A stretch of DNA of 64,000 bases from an uncultured virus (IMG/VR IMGVR_UViG_3300022936_000008) (taxonomy: Duplodnaviria > Heunggongvirae > Uroviricota > Caudoviricetes): the IMG/VR virus record IMGVR_UViG_3300022936_000008; one strand, 5' to 3'. A model generated the notes under the pieces. That model was not told the origin of the DNA. It ran no database searches and saw only the letters and a program-made list of their open reading frames with translations. Position 1 is the first letter of the stretch; each line of letters starts with the position of its first letter. The position numbers were made by a program, and so were the translations under genes. Shown here piece by piece: positions 32,266-45,511 of the stretch.

Positions 32266-33651
32266 ATGATAACAAATAAAGAACATCACATTAAAAGTTT
32301 CGAGCAACTTGTGAATATAGTTACAAAAGATAATATAGAAAACCTCACCGTAGACTTTATGATGTGGCTTGGTGTTGTTTTAAATGTGGACGAAACACTT
32401 AGAAGTGGGAATACATTATCCGCCGCGCAGAAAAAACAAACAAGGTGGAAACTACTAAAACCTACATTCATTTGGACAGATGACGGTAAGAATGAAGTTT
32501 CTAAAATAATATGTCAAGACCCCACAACAGGAGAGCAAACAATAATTGAAGCTAAAATACCTAAAGAATGAAAAAAGGAGATATATTAATCCGGGGTACA
32601 GTTGAGAGAGTTGTAAACAAAGTTTATACGCATCATTACACTTGGTATTACCCAGAGCTACCTCAACAAATTTTTGACAGTAAGGATAGTAATGATCCGT
32701 CAGGTATTTGGTGGGAAATAAAAGTAGATGAAAATGACTGATTGCGGCAGGAAAGAGTGTAAAAATAAAGATTGTGATACATGTTTTGAAATAGCAAACA
32801 AAATATGGTGGGATAACGAAAAAGCAGTTTCAGACCTGTCTAAATACGGAGAAATTGTAGAGTTTAAAGAAAACCTTGACAACGGAGAATTTGAATTCCA
32901 CATAGGTGAGGGATTTAGCGGTTCAATGGATGATGTTTTATCTTTGATGGAGTTATGTAAGAAAATCGCGGGAGCAAAAACAAACAGCATAAAACTTTTT
33001 AAAACAGACGTAAACTTATTTCACTTAATATTAAAATAATGAAAATAACTGAACGAAGAATAGTTGTACAGGAGTGGTATGAAACTGAAAACACAAAAAC
33101 AGGTTGGGATTCTAACGGATGGGTGTTCGAGGATGATTATCAAGGATTGATCTCTAACTGGACAGTAGTTTTGTACATAGATTTTGATAAACATAACAAG
33201 CCAACACGAGGAATCGCGGAAAAAGAAACAGAAATATGAAAATAGAAAGAAAATTCCACAAAGGAGCACAATTTAACAAACCGTGTAACATGCATCTTGT
33301 ACTGCGTGTAGATGATTTAAAAAAAGTAAAAGATTGGCCGGAAGAAGACCTCCGATACGCACTTGATCTGTTAGAGATATTTAAGAAAGACATTGACAGA
33401 CAAGTGAAGCACATGAAAGAATGTAGAATTAAAAACTAATGGAACACACACCACACAAATCTGAAGTTTTAGCGGAAAGAGAAAAAATCCGCCGAGAAGA
33501 ACAACAAAAACAAGGGAAATCAGAATGGGATAAAAACCAATTTGAAAAAGAAATATTCGCATTAATCAACAGCTATACAAAACAAGGGCTGTCAAAACCA
33601 GAATTAGTAGCAGCAATGGAATACGTAACGCAATCCTGTAAAATGTCCTAA
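32266..33651 (+). CDS. Run of small hypothetical proteins (32266-32571, 32728-33039, 33039-33239, 33236-33439, 33439-33651)
   Basis: ORF track, coupled starts and stops. Confidence 0.6.
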
Positions 33652-33910
33652 CCTTGTTCATTAAAAACTAATGTTCACTTAAACTGAACAAGCAATAAAA
33701 GTGAACAAAAATTTCCGGCAAGAAAAACTCAAGTGTAAAAAATGAGATTCAAACAGCTAAAAATAGGAGAACTGTTCCAATGCTGGCATAAAGATAAATG
33801 GAGAGAGTTAATGAAAATAAGTTACGGTTCAGCAAAAGACACACACGCAGATCAGTATTGTATAGAGGAGGATAAACTATTTTTCTAAAATACTACCCCC
33901 TCTTTAAAAC

Positions 33911-33951
33911 AAGCCCCCCGGTCTTAAGTGATTGAGGGGTTTTTGTTTTTT
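33911..33951 (+). terminator. Intrinsic terminator closing the middle-gene unit
   Basis: AAGCCCCCCGGTC...GATTGAGGGGTTT followed by T tracts. Confidence 0.65.
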
Positions 33952-34289
33952 ATGGGTGAAATATCCTTATTTTGAGATTTACTGCCCGTGTTAGAGGGAG
34001 TGTGTAGACCTCTGAGCAAAGCCACCCACCCACAGACCGTTTCTTCCCCGCACCGCCCTGTTCCTAATCCAAACCATTTTTGATCCTGCAAATCAATCCA
34101 AAATCGATTTTGAAATTTAGAGTTTTTTATTATTACTTTTCTAACTTTATCTTATTTATTTTTTGCTGTTAGTTTCTTTTGCGGCGATTTTTAGATGCAT
34201 TCACATAAAATAAGAATGCGCACGCGTGTTATACAACAATCTTTCGACATAAAAAAATTTATTTTGCTTTTTTATTCAATTTGTTGCCG

Positions 34290-34297
34290 TATCTTTG
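34290..34297 (+). promoter_or_regulatory. Bacteroidota -7 promoter element TATCTTTG, bracketed by a 12-bp inverted repeat
   Basis: CTTTCGACATAA 34241-52 / TTATGTCGAAAG 34298-309. Confidence 0.55.
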
Positions 34298-34299
34298 TT

Positions 34300-34710
34300 A
34301 TGTCGAAAGGGGGTAAAGATTGAAAGCATCAATATTCTTTAGTAAGTGGCTGAGTGTAGCAGTCTGGATTAATTGCCGAATTACACCGTTAAAACTAAAT
34401 AAGTTAGTAGCGTTTGTTAGAGTGTTTAAAAACATTATCTAACGGTTTTCAATTTGTAAAGGTTGGGCTAACTAAATATGCGCGGTTACTTTTCCGCGCG
34501 GAATTAAAAAAAGAAATAACCTTATAATCGTGTGCGTTGGTAACGCTTATGTAAATCGATGAAATATAAATAACTAAGCCGCAATTAAAGAGTTTCTTTG
34601 CGGGGTATAAATTGAAGCCTCTATAAAATATTAAGCCGTTGTAAATTAGTGTTAAGATTGTTTTTTCTTTGCGCGGAATTTAATGCAATTCGATATTGCC
34701 AACGGTTACA
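34300..34710 (+). ncRNA. Candidate ~400-nt structured RNA or long leader
   Basis: No ORF of 60 aa or more; nested helices (see findings). Confidence 0.55.
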
Positions 34711-36643
34711 AATTAACCTTTAAAACTTTATTGTTATGTTAAAATCTATCTTTAAAAACCCAAATTATAAATTTTTATCTATTAACGATAAAATTCAGGC
34801 AAAAGTCTATTTCTTAATTGGCTATACATCATGAAAATACTTGTACACAATTCAAACGGCCTTAAATATTTTGAGGCACAGGGTAAAGACTTTAACTTGT
34901 TATCGTTTAGTATGACAGGGTTAATAAATGAACTGTTTTCTTTATATTCTATTGATTATAGGGTTTATTTGTTTCCTTGTTTCTTTCCCGCCGATTTTGG
35001 CGTAATTAATCACTCACAATTAAATTAACTGTTATGCGAGTTATAAAAACAATTACCAAAAGTTACGATTACGGAAGTATGTTAGGAATTTTAAAAACTT
35101 CTGATGATTCCGAATGGCGCAAAGTATATTTAAGTTATTATTGGGTTTCACCTGATGGGATTTTAAGAGAGGAAAAATTAGCCGGTAAAGAAACTCGTCA
35201 AATAGAAAAAATGGCACGAACTTTTATAAACAATCAAAAAGATTATTTTCTTTGGAGTTATTAATTAATTAAAAGTTATGTTAAAAATAATACAATCTAT
35301 GGAGCAAATAACAGCTAAAGAAATCGATTTTAACGATAGTGAAGCAATAGCCGAATTTAAAAAATACAACAACCTTTAAATTAAAATATTATGTACACAC
35401 AAGCACAATTTGACGCGGAATTTAAAGCAAACGATTTACAAACAATTGCACAACAATACGAACGTGACGGAATCCCAGACAGGCCAGCAAGGCGCGAAGC
35501 CTATAACAATAAAATGGACGCTTACCACCGTGAGGGATTAATTAGTGATGACGCTGTTAACGAGTGGTTTATTTCGGATAGTTTAGAAACAACTTTATAC
35601 TGGCTATAATGGAAAAGCCTAAATTATATACTATTATTTGGCGGGATAAAAAACAAAACAGTAAATTCTTTTATACCAACGATGAAGAAACAGCAGAAAG
35701 AAAAGCCGCAATTAATGACGGCGAGATTTATATTGATACAAGATACAAAGCAAAAGTAAGACTTTACAACCACATAAACCGAATAAGATGAACCTAACAA
35801 TAAAACGCCCAACATTAAGAGCGTCTTTAAATAAGACGTTCAGACAGCCACAAAGAACCGAAGTAACTAAACTTACCACCAAAATAATTACAGCCCGCAG
35901 CGTGTTTAAAAACAAGCAAATAATCGAAGTTGTAGGAAGTTTTGAGGGTAGATTTGAAAGCCCTATTTAAATTATGAAGTGTATTATATATCGACAGTCA
36001 AAAGGCAGTAAGCCTGTGATTTTTTCGCGGGAGAAAAACCTCAAAACAGCAAAGAAAATTTTATCTGATAAATATATGTTAAGCATAGAACTAATGTTTG
36101 ACGAAATTGTTGAGGGCAGAGACAAATTGAGCAAAGACGGCAAGACGCTGGAACTATTCAACAACCGTTATTTTATTCAACAAGATCAAACTTTATAGCT
36201 ATGGAAGCAAAGCCAAAAAACCCAACTTATAAATATTGGAGTAAAACATATAAAGGTATTTTAAAGCAAATAGCAAGGCAACAAAATAAACCTGCTGTTG
36301 CAAAAGTTATAGTATATCCAATAATAGAGTCTTACAGTTCAAAGCATAATAAATATTTACCACTTAGAAGAAAATATTATAATAATACCTACAGAGGCGG
36401 GAAAGGTTTAGACACCTTGCACAGTGATAAATATTTTAATACGGTTAGAAGCGTTAATGGAATGTACACACGCTGTTTAGTTGATAGGGTAACAGGAAAA
36501 TATAAACTTTCAACGCACGGTAAAAGTCTGTTAAGAAAACGCCGCGAGAAAAAACAACAGCTATAATAAAAAATTTCCGGATAAAAAAATAAAATACAAA
36601 AAACTTTCTCTTTACATTTGTAAGGAATTAAAACAACAACATT

Positions 36644-37063
36644 ATGAAAACTTCATTAAAAGCATTCAAACAAAATACACACATTCCACACGCTTTAATT
36701 GATGCGGTATTGGAACAAATGGGAATTTCATTTACAGAGTTCAAAGACAATGCGCGGGATTACAGGGATGCAAGAGCAGGCGTTTCAGGCTTTATTTATT
36801 ACGATGATACGCATCAATTTGCAATTGAAAACCGTGAGGCTATTGTTGAGCTGTTAGAGGAATCAGCGGAACAAATGGGCGAGGACGTTGTGGAAATGGT
36901 TAAGGGCTTCGGGGTTTTTGGCGGGGAAATGGACAAAGACGAGAAAAAAGATTTATACAGATTTTTAGGCGGTGGAGAAGTTGAGCAGGGAGCGGTTACA
37001 AATGTAATGGCTTGGTTTGCTTTAGAGGAATTAGCTAATGCGGTTGAGAATTTCGCCGAATAA
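36644..37063 (+). CDS. Acidic early protein (GVSGFIYYxDT...WFALE family), possible anti-defence/DNA mimic
   Basis: Recurrent phage early-protein motif; acidic; has its own promoter. Confidence 0.55.
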   Translation: MKTSLKAFKQNTHIPHALIDAVLEQMGISFTEFKDNARDYRDARAGVSGFIYYDDTHQFAIENREAIVELLEESAEQMGEDVVEMVKGFGVFGGEMDKDEKKDLYRFLGGGEVEQGAVTNVMAWFALEELANAVENFAE

Positions 37064-40000
37064 AAACCTGAAATCAAATGACAACATTATATGCAACACG
37101 ACAGGTAAACAGTTGGGCAAATACATCAACAATTTTGCGGGACAAAAACAACAAAGTAAAAAAGATAATTTCAGGATTACTACAACCCAGAAAAGGCAAG
37201 CCAACGTTAACTGTTAACGGTAAAGAATTTTTAATTGATTGGTCGAAATGTGAGAAACTAAAAACAAGGAACTTATGAAAACAGAACAAAATACAGTAAG
37301 GTGTAACAATTGTATGTGGGAGGGTGTAGAAGATGATTTAAAAACCTTTACCGATTTGGGAGATAATTTAGGGCATAACGTTGAATATTTTAAGGGTTGC
37401 CCAGATTGCCAAACAGATAGTTATTTAATGGATTTAGAAATTTCGCCGGAACAAAAAACAACATGAAAACAGAGGCAATAATAAAACTACTTAACGATAA
37501 CAGTTTTTGTATAACAGACCAAGACGGTTGTGATTTTATAGTTATTGAGCAACCAAGTTTTAGAGAATTGGCAGAGGAAATTTCGCGGGAAGAAAAAACA
37601 GAGGCTAAAAACATATTTTCCCAAACAATGGAACAGCTAATTGACGAAAACCAACAGTTAAGAGAAGCACTAACAGATTTATTAAAATGGTCTTCTGTAA
37701 AGGGTGGTAAAATGATAGCAACGACAAGCACACAACGATTTGAAGAGCTTTCTTTATTAGTGGGCTATCAGAGAAATTCCGGCGCAGAAAAATAACAAAC
37801 AGCCATGAAAGATAGACAGTATTTAGAATCATTAGGTTATAAGTTCATAAATGGATACATTCAGCAATACATTGACAGTGAAACAGAACCTAAAAAATAT
37901 TGGCCAAATCGCCCTCAAACTTTTGAATATCAAATTTGTGGGTGGCAGATTGTAGCACATGAACATAAAACAAAAATGTTCGCAGATAAAATCCGGAAAG
38001 AAAAACAAAACAGTTAAAAATAAAAGTTAACAGCTATGAACAATATAAAAAACATAATAGAAGAAGCAAACAATCAAACACTAACAGAAACTAAAAGATA
38101 CATTAACAACTTAGTGGGTAAAAGGTTTGAAAATTTAAACAAACTACGCAATGATATTGTAAGCGTTACAGGTATGCAAATAAACCTTTGTAAGGCAGAA
38201 ACTCTAAACGAAGATGCAGACTATCATTTGGACGGAGAAATTGTCTTAGGAGAGCAAGATTTCCATGAGTTTACAATATTCTATTTAATGCCAAGCAATA
38301 AAAGTTTATACATTACAGAGGTAAGTGTTTAATCTGTTTGGCGGTTTAGAATAAATATTGTACTTTTGCTATATTTAACAACTTAAACGTAGCGTTATGT
38401 ATATGATTATAAACAAAAATACAGGTAAAACTATTGCAATTAAGGAGACAACAGCAACCGCAAACTACTTAGACGTAGAAAGAAGTACAATTTATCGCAG
38501 ATTTGAACATTCAAACAAGTGGGAGGACAGCGATTGGGTGGTTTATAAAGCCGATAAAACCATTTTAAGGAGTGGCAGAGCCGGAAATAATAAGAAATGC
38601 AATATCTGACGAGTCAAACGTGGCGTAAAATCGCCGGAAAGAAAACAAAAACAGCTAAAAATGATAGATAACCAACAGTTAATAACAGATTTAATACAAG
38701 TAATAGAAGCAGTACATAACAACGATAAAGCAGATGCAATTAAACTACTCTATGACATCATAGAAGATTTAAAAATCAATTCACTTTTAGGACAATAAAG
38801 ACACCGCTTTTGCTAATCCCTTTATTTATAAGGGTTAACAGTGTGATTATCAGGACATTAAAGGTAAGGACAACCCCCACCAACCCATAGTTTTAATACA
38901 AAAACCTTGTAAAAACACTAATTGATATATCAAAGAAACCACCCACCTAAACATTTTAATAAGTATTGTTATGAAAATATTCATCTATTCAACAGAATAC
39001 AAAAAAGCCTCTTATTGCTCTAACGTAACGGTAAATATCTACCAAATTAAAAGAAATAAACCACTATCTTGTGGACAAGTGTTTTTTAACACCGGTTCAT
39101 GTATGGGTGTTGAACATGAAATTAACCTTCATTTGATTAAAGAGGGTTTTATTCCTAAGTCTTATGGTGTTAGGGGTGGTTATATTAACTATGATAAATT
39201 TGGAGAAAATAAGGCTTATTGTTTTTATTCTATTTAGCTATCGTTTTTTGTACCCGCGGAATTATTAATACTTAAATTTTAAAATTATGAAAGTAAGTAG
39301 TATTTATATCGTTTTATTAAGCACTGAAATTGGCAGTCAAAACAGTTTTATGACCACTGAGGGAGAAGTTTTCCTTAGTAAAGAGGCTGTAATTGAGAAG
39401 TTTGGAAATCACAAGTACCCAGACTTTCTGATGTATAAATTATCTGATTTTACCCAAGCGGTAAATGATGACGATATTAAGATAAACAATTATTTTATCG
39501 GATATGTTGAAATACAATAACGTACGTTATTTTAGTAATGCTGATGAATATCTTTCAAATAATTAGGGAATTGCTGTTCTTTTCCCGCCGATTTTTAACC
39601 ATTAAAAAGACCTAAAATGAAAAAAGTAAATTTTGATATTAGTATTACAAAACAACAAGCCAAATTTTTAGCAGACGGACTTTATGATGAAATTTTAAAT
39701 TTCAGCATTATGTGTAAAGAATATGGGCAGGACGATGATTGGGTAGGAATGACCTTTGGTGACGATTTTGAGGACGAAGAATATAACACTTTTGAAATTT
39801 GGCTTGGCACAGCAGACAGACAAAAAGTTGAAACAGTTTTAAACCATATTAAAGACGCTCTTAATTTAATTCAATAATTATGCTGTTTACAATTAAAAGT
39901 GTCCCGACAGGTGGTGTTATCACAAATATTAATGAGAGACAATTTAACGTTTTAAAAGAATTAGGTTTAATTTGGGAATATTTGGGAGAATGGGTTTACG

Positions 40001-40452
40001 ATAAAGAAAATAAAGACGTTTCAAAACATTTAAATTTAATTAAAACACAAAACCATGAAAATTAAAGTAACAAACCAAAATATAAAACACGTTGCAGGAC
40101 TATTGAGAAAGGCACTAAGAAACGGCTTTTCAGATAGAATGTATTATCCGGCAAGTAAAAGGCAAAACACAGCATATAAAACCCTTAACCTAAAAAACAG
40201 TGTTATTGAAAAGTCAGGTAAGAGTGTTTTTCATCAAACAGTTGTTGAATCAGATTATATGCATGGTAGACGCTTTATAAGAATTCATAACAATTTAGAT
40301 GTTTATGGAACTGATGATGAATGGAGTAGTCGTTATAGAGCGTTTTTAGTAGATATTGACGATGTTGTCGATTTTTTATCCGGCGAAATTCACATTAGAT
40401 GTACACACCCTACTAGAAAAGAACAAAAAGCCAATCAAATAATAAAATTACT

Positions 40453-40644
40453 ATGAATAAAAAACAGATCAAAGAGCGTATCAATGAAATATTAAATGAT
40501 TCGAGAACTACAGCTAAAACAGCAACAGTATTTGAAAATGCACCACTAGCTTTAATTCAATATGGACTTACAACGGAACTACACACTTTGCAGAAAGTGT
40601 TAGGATTACCACTAACGAAAATTTCAGAATTGAGGGGTGAATAA
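40453..40644 (+). CDS. Hypothetical protein, paralog of 51296-51493
   Basis: ATVFENAPLALIQYGL identical in both. Confidence 0.75.
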   Translation: MNKKQIKERINEILNDSRTTAKTATVFENAPLALIQYGLTTELHTLQKVLGLPLTKISELRGE

Positions 40645-43600
40645 CTTTTAACTAAAACAAATGGACTACTATAAACTATTATCTGACTACCTCAACGCAA
40701 CAGGTAAGTATGAAAATTATGAAGTATTAACTTTTCAGGATGAAATTACACATATTCACGTGTACTACCAATTTGGTAAAACGAGTAAGAAGGTACAAAA
40801 TGATAAAGAAATTTCTTTGTTTGAATTACTTACATTTGTTTACAGTAAAATAGCTGTCTAACTGTCGGTTTTTAATGCCGGAAATTTATGAAATACAAAA
40901 TATACCAACTAACAGAGCCGAAAGTTTTATCTGAAATTGATACCTCAGATTATTATCCGGCAGAGAAAAAGAAAACGGTTTTAGAAGAACTATCTTCAAT
41001 GCCTTATGATTTTTCAGACGAGCACACAACCGTCGAAGATGCTTATGCTGAGGTTGTAAAATACAAAGAGAAATTCAAACACTTAACACTAACTATCATC
41101 CCTGTTATCAATATTCATTGGGACGGAGAAATTAGCTAAAATAATATGCGGGAACTTATGAAAGACCTATTCGAAAATATTTCAGCATTACCTGCATACG
41201 TTTCAGATATTTTAGCTACCTTTGAGGACGGAGAAAGTGATTATGAAACTTGTAAAGTATTAGTTACACAATTAGAAGCTGTTGGTTACACCTGTGATTG
41301 CGGTTTAGATGGTGTTCCTTTTAATCTTAGGAGATTGTGGTTTTTAACCGCCGGATTTTAAACACTGGCACATTAACAGGCTTTTTGCCGAAACTTAATT
41401 ATTATGAAAATCCTTATATCAGCATCAAGTAAAGAAGCAGCAGAGGTTAGTTTGAACGCTTATTTCTACTCAACTACTTACCGAATTAGAGAAGATGGAG
41501 CTGTCTGTTTTACTCCGGCGGGAAAAGACGAGAAGCAAAACACAAATCTTAAATACAAAGTAGTTAAAAACAGACATAAAATTTACATATTATGAAGTTT
41601 AAAAGAATAACACCACTAAAATACAAAGTTATTGAAAACTTGAAGATCATCTATTTAAATGAATTAGAAGTTAGGCAATTGCAAGTTGATATTAAGAACG
41701 AAGAAATTCCAGCAGGGATAATTATTACTGATGAAAAAGGTAATTTTTGCACAATCAACAAAGATGGGAAGTTTGATAAAGTCCCTTACGGATTTTCTAA
41801 GAGTTATGAATTAAGCAGGCAATTACTCAACTAACAACAATCTAAATAATAGGAATTATGACTACGACTGGAAATATAGTAACTAAAACATTCGGGCAAA
41901 ACACTTTTAATTTTAATGTTGGAGAAATCTTGACAAATAAAGGCAGTAAAAAATTTGTATTCGTAGAGCAAATAACGGAATGGACTTCTGAAGATAACGA
42001 AATATTCGGATTTATAATGCCAAATACGGTTACAAGTTGGAAGTTTTATTTTGATATTCTTACAACTGAATTTGGGGCTATTAATTTGGCGGGGAGAAAA
42101 CTAATTAAAAACTGGAAAAACATACAGTAAGATGATAATAATACTAGCAATAATGGTTTTTATACTATATGTATTTGGAGCTATATTAACCACTCTTTTA
42201 ACAGGGTGGGAATATAAAACAAAAGATTTGTTTAAAATTATGACATGGCCAATAAGCCTGTTTATAGCAAAGAGATAATTAAAATGGGAATAGGATGTTC
42301 GGCAATAATTTTATTTATTGCTTTTATAATAGGTTGTTTAATTTCACATAAAAATAGATCATAAATATGAAATCAGAAGAAGAAAAGTATGCAGAATTGA
42401 TAATATCCATGTCGACAGATTTTTTGATTGGAAAAATAAACTTTGACCTTTATGCGAGTAACTTAAATGTTATTAATAAAAATATTCAAAAAATGAATTA
42501 TGAAGACAATCAAAGAATGGCAGATGACATTTTAGATAAATTTTTAGAATAATTAACAATCAAACCAGGGGCTCGGCTGTAACGCGCAATAAAAATGAAA
42601 ACATTCTCACTCAATCCAATAAACGGTAGGAAATCCTTCGGCTCAAAAATGCATGTAACCGAGGACAAAAACACGGCAAAACTATACAGTTATAACACAC
42701 ACGTAGCAACTTATGATTTGGCCGAGGGAAAAATGACAATCAACGGAAAATATTCCGCAACAACAAACACTCACATCAACGCATTTCTCCATCATTATGG
42801 ATTTGACACTTGCACAGCTAAAGAACTTGAAAAATATATGTTATGATAAAACTAGAAGAAAATTTTGACGGACACATCATTTTATATTGCAAAGGACATT
42901 ACACAGCAAAAGATGTAGATTTTATTTCAGGTTTACAGAGGATTTGGGCAGTTAGATGTGGTTTACAAATTGAACACATCAGTGATAATATAAAAGAATA
43001 CATAGCAGATCATTTACATACAATATTTGTTAAATGTAACCCTAAAAAACAAGAATATTTTTACCAGATTTTAAATAAAGGACTTTGTGACGAATGGAAA
43101 TACGAAGGTTTAAATGCAATTGAAAGGGTTATAATGATTTATTCTAACGAACTTGGGCAATTACAAATCAAGAATCGTACAGCATCAGGGTGGCATACAT
43201 TAATTAAACTACCAAAACCTCAAAAAAGACTGTTTAAAAGGATTGTAAATGGTAAGGGTAACTACAACGACTATAAACTTGTAAGGTAATGAATAGCATT
43301 TTGATTTTTTCGTCCGGCGAATTGGTAGGACAGTTAAATTTCCGCACAAAGAAAACAACAGAAAAAAATTATAAACACATCAAAAAACACGGATTTGTTA
43401 ACGCACAAACAGGAACAGTTTATCCTGATTTAAAAATAGAGAAATTATGAACACAGAAACTTGGCAACTAACAGATGGAAGTCTTTATCAATATGGGAGA
43501 AAAATTTCCGAGGGTCATTATGAGTTCAGAGAATTTGATCGTAACAACTATTTAATCCCCGAAGGTAGGAATGATGATGAATTTATTGACTCTGTATGGG

Positions 43601-44502
43601 ATGATTCTGAATTTTGGGTAGAGCAGACTATCATTATGTCTGACTATACCGAAAAGCAAATTGATAACTATATCAGCGGTTATTATGATAACGTCGATGA
43701 GGTAAAGGGACAATACGATGATGATTGGGAATGCGTTGTCGCAGAATGTATTTTTGAACAAGAAAGTGGTCTTTATTGATTTATAAAACAATATAAGAAA
43801 TGAGACTATTTATTACAAAGCTGTTTTTAATCACATTAGTGGTTACTATTTTTACAACAATGTTGGTAGGGATTGCTTGGCTATTTAATTCTCAACCTGA
43901 AAATTTACACAGAGTTTGGCACTTTTTAGGAAATTGCTGTTTATTAACTTCTGTGTTTTGGATTTTATTCGGCGCGAAAATAACTTTTAAATAAGACTTT
44001 ATGACAACTGAAAATAACTTTGTAAAGATTTTGATAGCTTGTGGTGTAACACTTGAATTGTTAAAAGATTATGAGTGGTATATTCAAGCACTTGCGCCGC
44101 ATAAATACCACTGTACAGGTTTTCATCCGGTTGCTGCAAGAATTGATATTATTAAAGATAATATTGTAATACATTAAATTATGAACATAGAAAGCAGATT
44201 GATTTGGTTATTAGTGGCATATTTGTTTGGGATTTTTGTTGGGTATTTAGCCTTTGATTATTTTCCGGCGAAAAAACAAACAGTACCAGAAGAATATAAG
44301 CTAATTGATAAAACAGACGTTTTAAGAGGCTATTTTGACCGTGACAGTACTTTGGTTATAGAATTTGAGAACGTTGTTGTAAACCCTGAATACACTCTTG
44401 AAATCATTAATATAGACTCTGTGGCTATAAATACTGGAACTGAAGTTTATAAATGTAGGATGGATGAGATTGAAGAGGTTTTATTGAGGGATAATTTGTA
44501 GA

Positions 44503-44570
44503 GCGTTTTAACACGCTTTTCCTACAATAGATTTTTTCAAAATCTGATTTTCGTACAATCGTTAACGCAA
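44503..44570 (+). repeat. ~68-bp element, inverted copy of 50306-50374
   Basis: Identical 19-nt and 15-nt terminal blocks. Confidence 0.85.
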
Positions 44571-44577
44571 AAATAAA

Positions 44578-45366
44578 ATGAAAAAAGTAAAAGTTAGATA
44601 TATAAATCTTGGCATCGAGAACGATGAAGTCGTAGAAGGAATACTCTTTGAAGATATTTCAGACATCAAACTAATAAGAAAGGAGTTGGATAGAGCTGAA
44701 AGAGGTGTAATGGTTAAGTTTATTAAATCGGGCGAAACAGAAAACAGGCTCGATCACATAATTAGTGGATTCAGACCACTTGAAAAAAGCATTGCAAAAT
44801 TAGCCATAACTTACTCTAACACAAGACAACAAAATCCGATCTACCTACTTGGAGAATGCAGCGAAATGTATTTGAAAACACTTACAAGTCAATTAATTAA
44901 AGGTGAGCAAATGTTTATGAATGCGGTAGGGGGTTTATGTCCAGTAGAGGGAAGTCTTGAAATCGTTGAAATGGAAGATTTTACAGAATTCCCAAACCCG
45001 CCGAAATATTACATATCAAACAATTCAGAAGTAATTAACCTTGAAAATGACTTTGAGTTGGAAAAAACAGCTTGCGAGTATATGAACAAAAACTTTAAAG
45101 GTTATTCATATATAACAGATATGAAGTCTTATTCTGACAGAGATTTTGAAGGGGTTTTCAAAAAATTTAAAGAGCAAGGTGGCACAAAAGTTTATGTTTA
45201 TACCACAGGAATTGACCATGAACAAATGTACGAATACTCAAAACATGCACTAAAAGCCGGGTTAAAAGACTTTATATTTGATTTTAATTGTGGAATGGAT
45301 GATAAAATCACTACTTTTGTAGAGTGGTTAGAACAAAGGGGGAACGTAAAACTTTTAAATAATTAA
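44578..45366 (+). CDS. Hypothetical protein (262 aa)
   Basis: ORF track. Confidence 0.7.
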   Translation: MKKVKVRYINLGIENDEVVEGILFEDISDIKLIRKELDRAERGVMVKFIKSGETENRLDHIISGFRPLEKSIAKLAITYSNTRQQNPIYLLGECSEMYLKTLTSQLIKGEQMFMNAVGGLCPVEGSLEIVEMEDFTEFPNPPKYYISNNSEVINLENDFELEKTACEYMNKNFKGYSYITDMKSYSDRDFEGVFKKFKEQGGTKVYVYTTGIDHEQMYEYSKHALKAGLKDFIFDFNCGMDDKITTFVEWLEQRGNVKLLNN

Positions 45367-45511
45367 AAATGGACAATACAAAACTACCGGATATATCTAC
45401 ATACAGGAAATATTTAAACATAGCTTCTCTGAGATTTAATTTATCTTTAGATGAGTGCAGAAACAAATACGGATTATTCACAAACCAACAATGGTTAAAT
45501 TTATTTGAACA

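Larger units (their letters stand above)
34831..44501 (+). other. Early-type region of about 35 short plus-strand hypothetical ORFs (60-150 aa)
   Basis: ORF track; A-rich SD-less initiation regions; host-type promoters at ~36612 (TACATTTG) and 38337-38368 (TTTG-N20-TACTTTTG). Confidence 0.7.

Noticed and set aside
33654..33707. Four TGTTCA/TGAACA hexamers as an operator
   Set aside because: Short and AT-rich with no adjacent recognisable promoter; cannot be supported
44503..44570. Integron attC site
   Set aside because: Ends only loosely fit RYYYAAC/GTTRRRY, the middle is not a long hairpin, and no integrase is present
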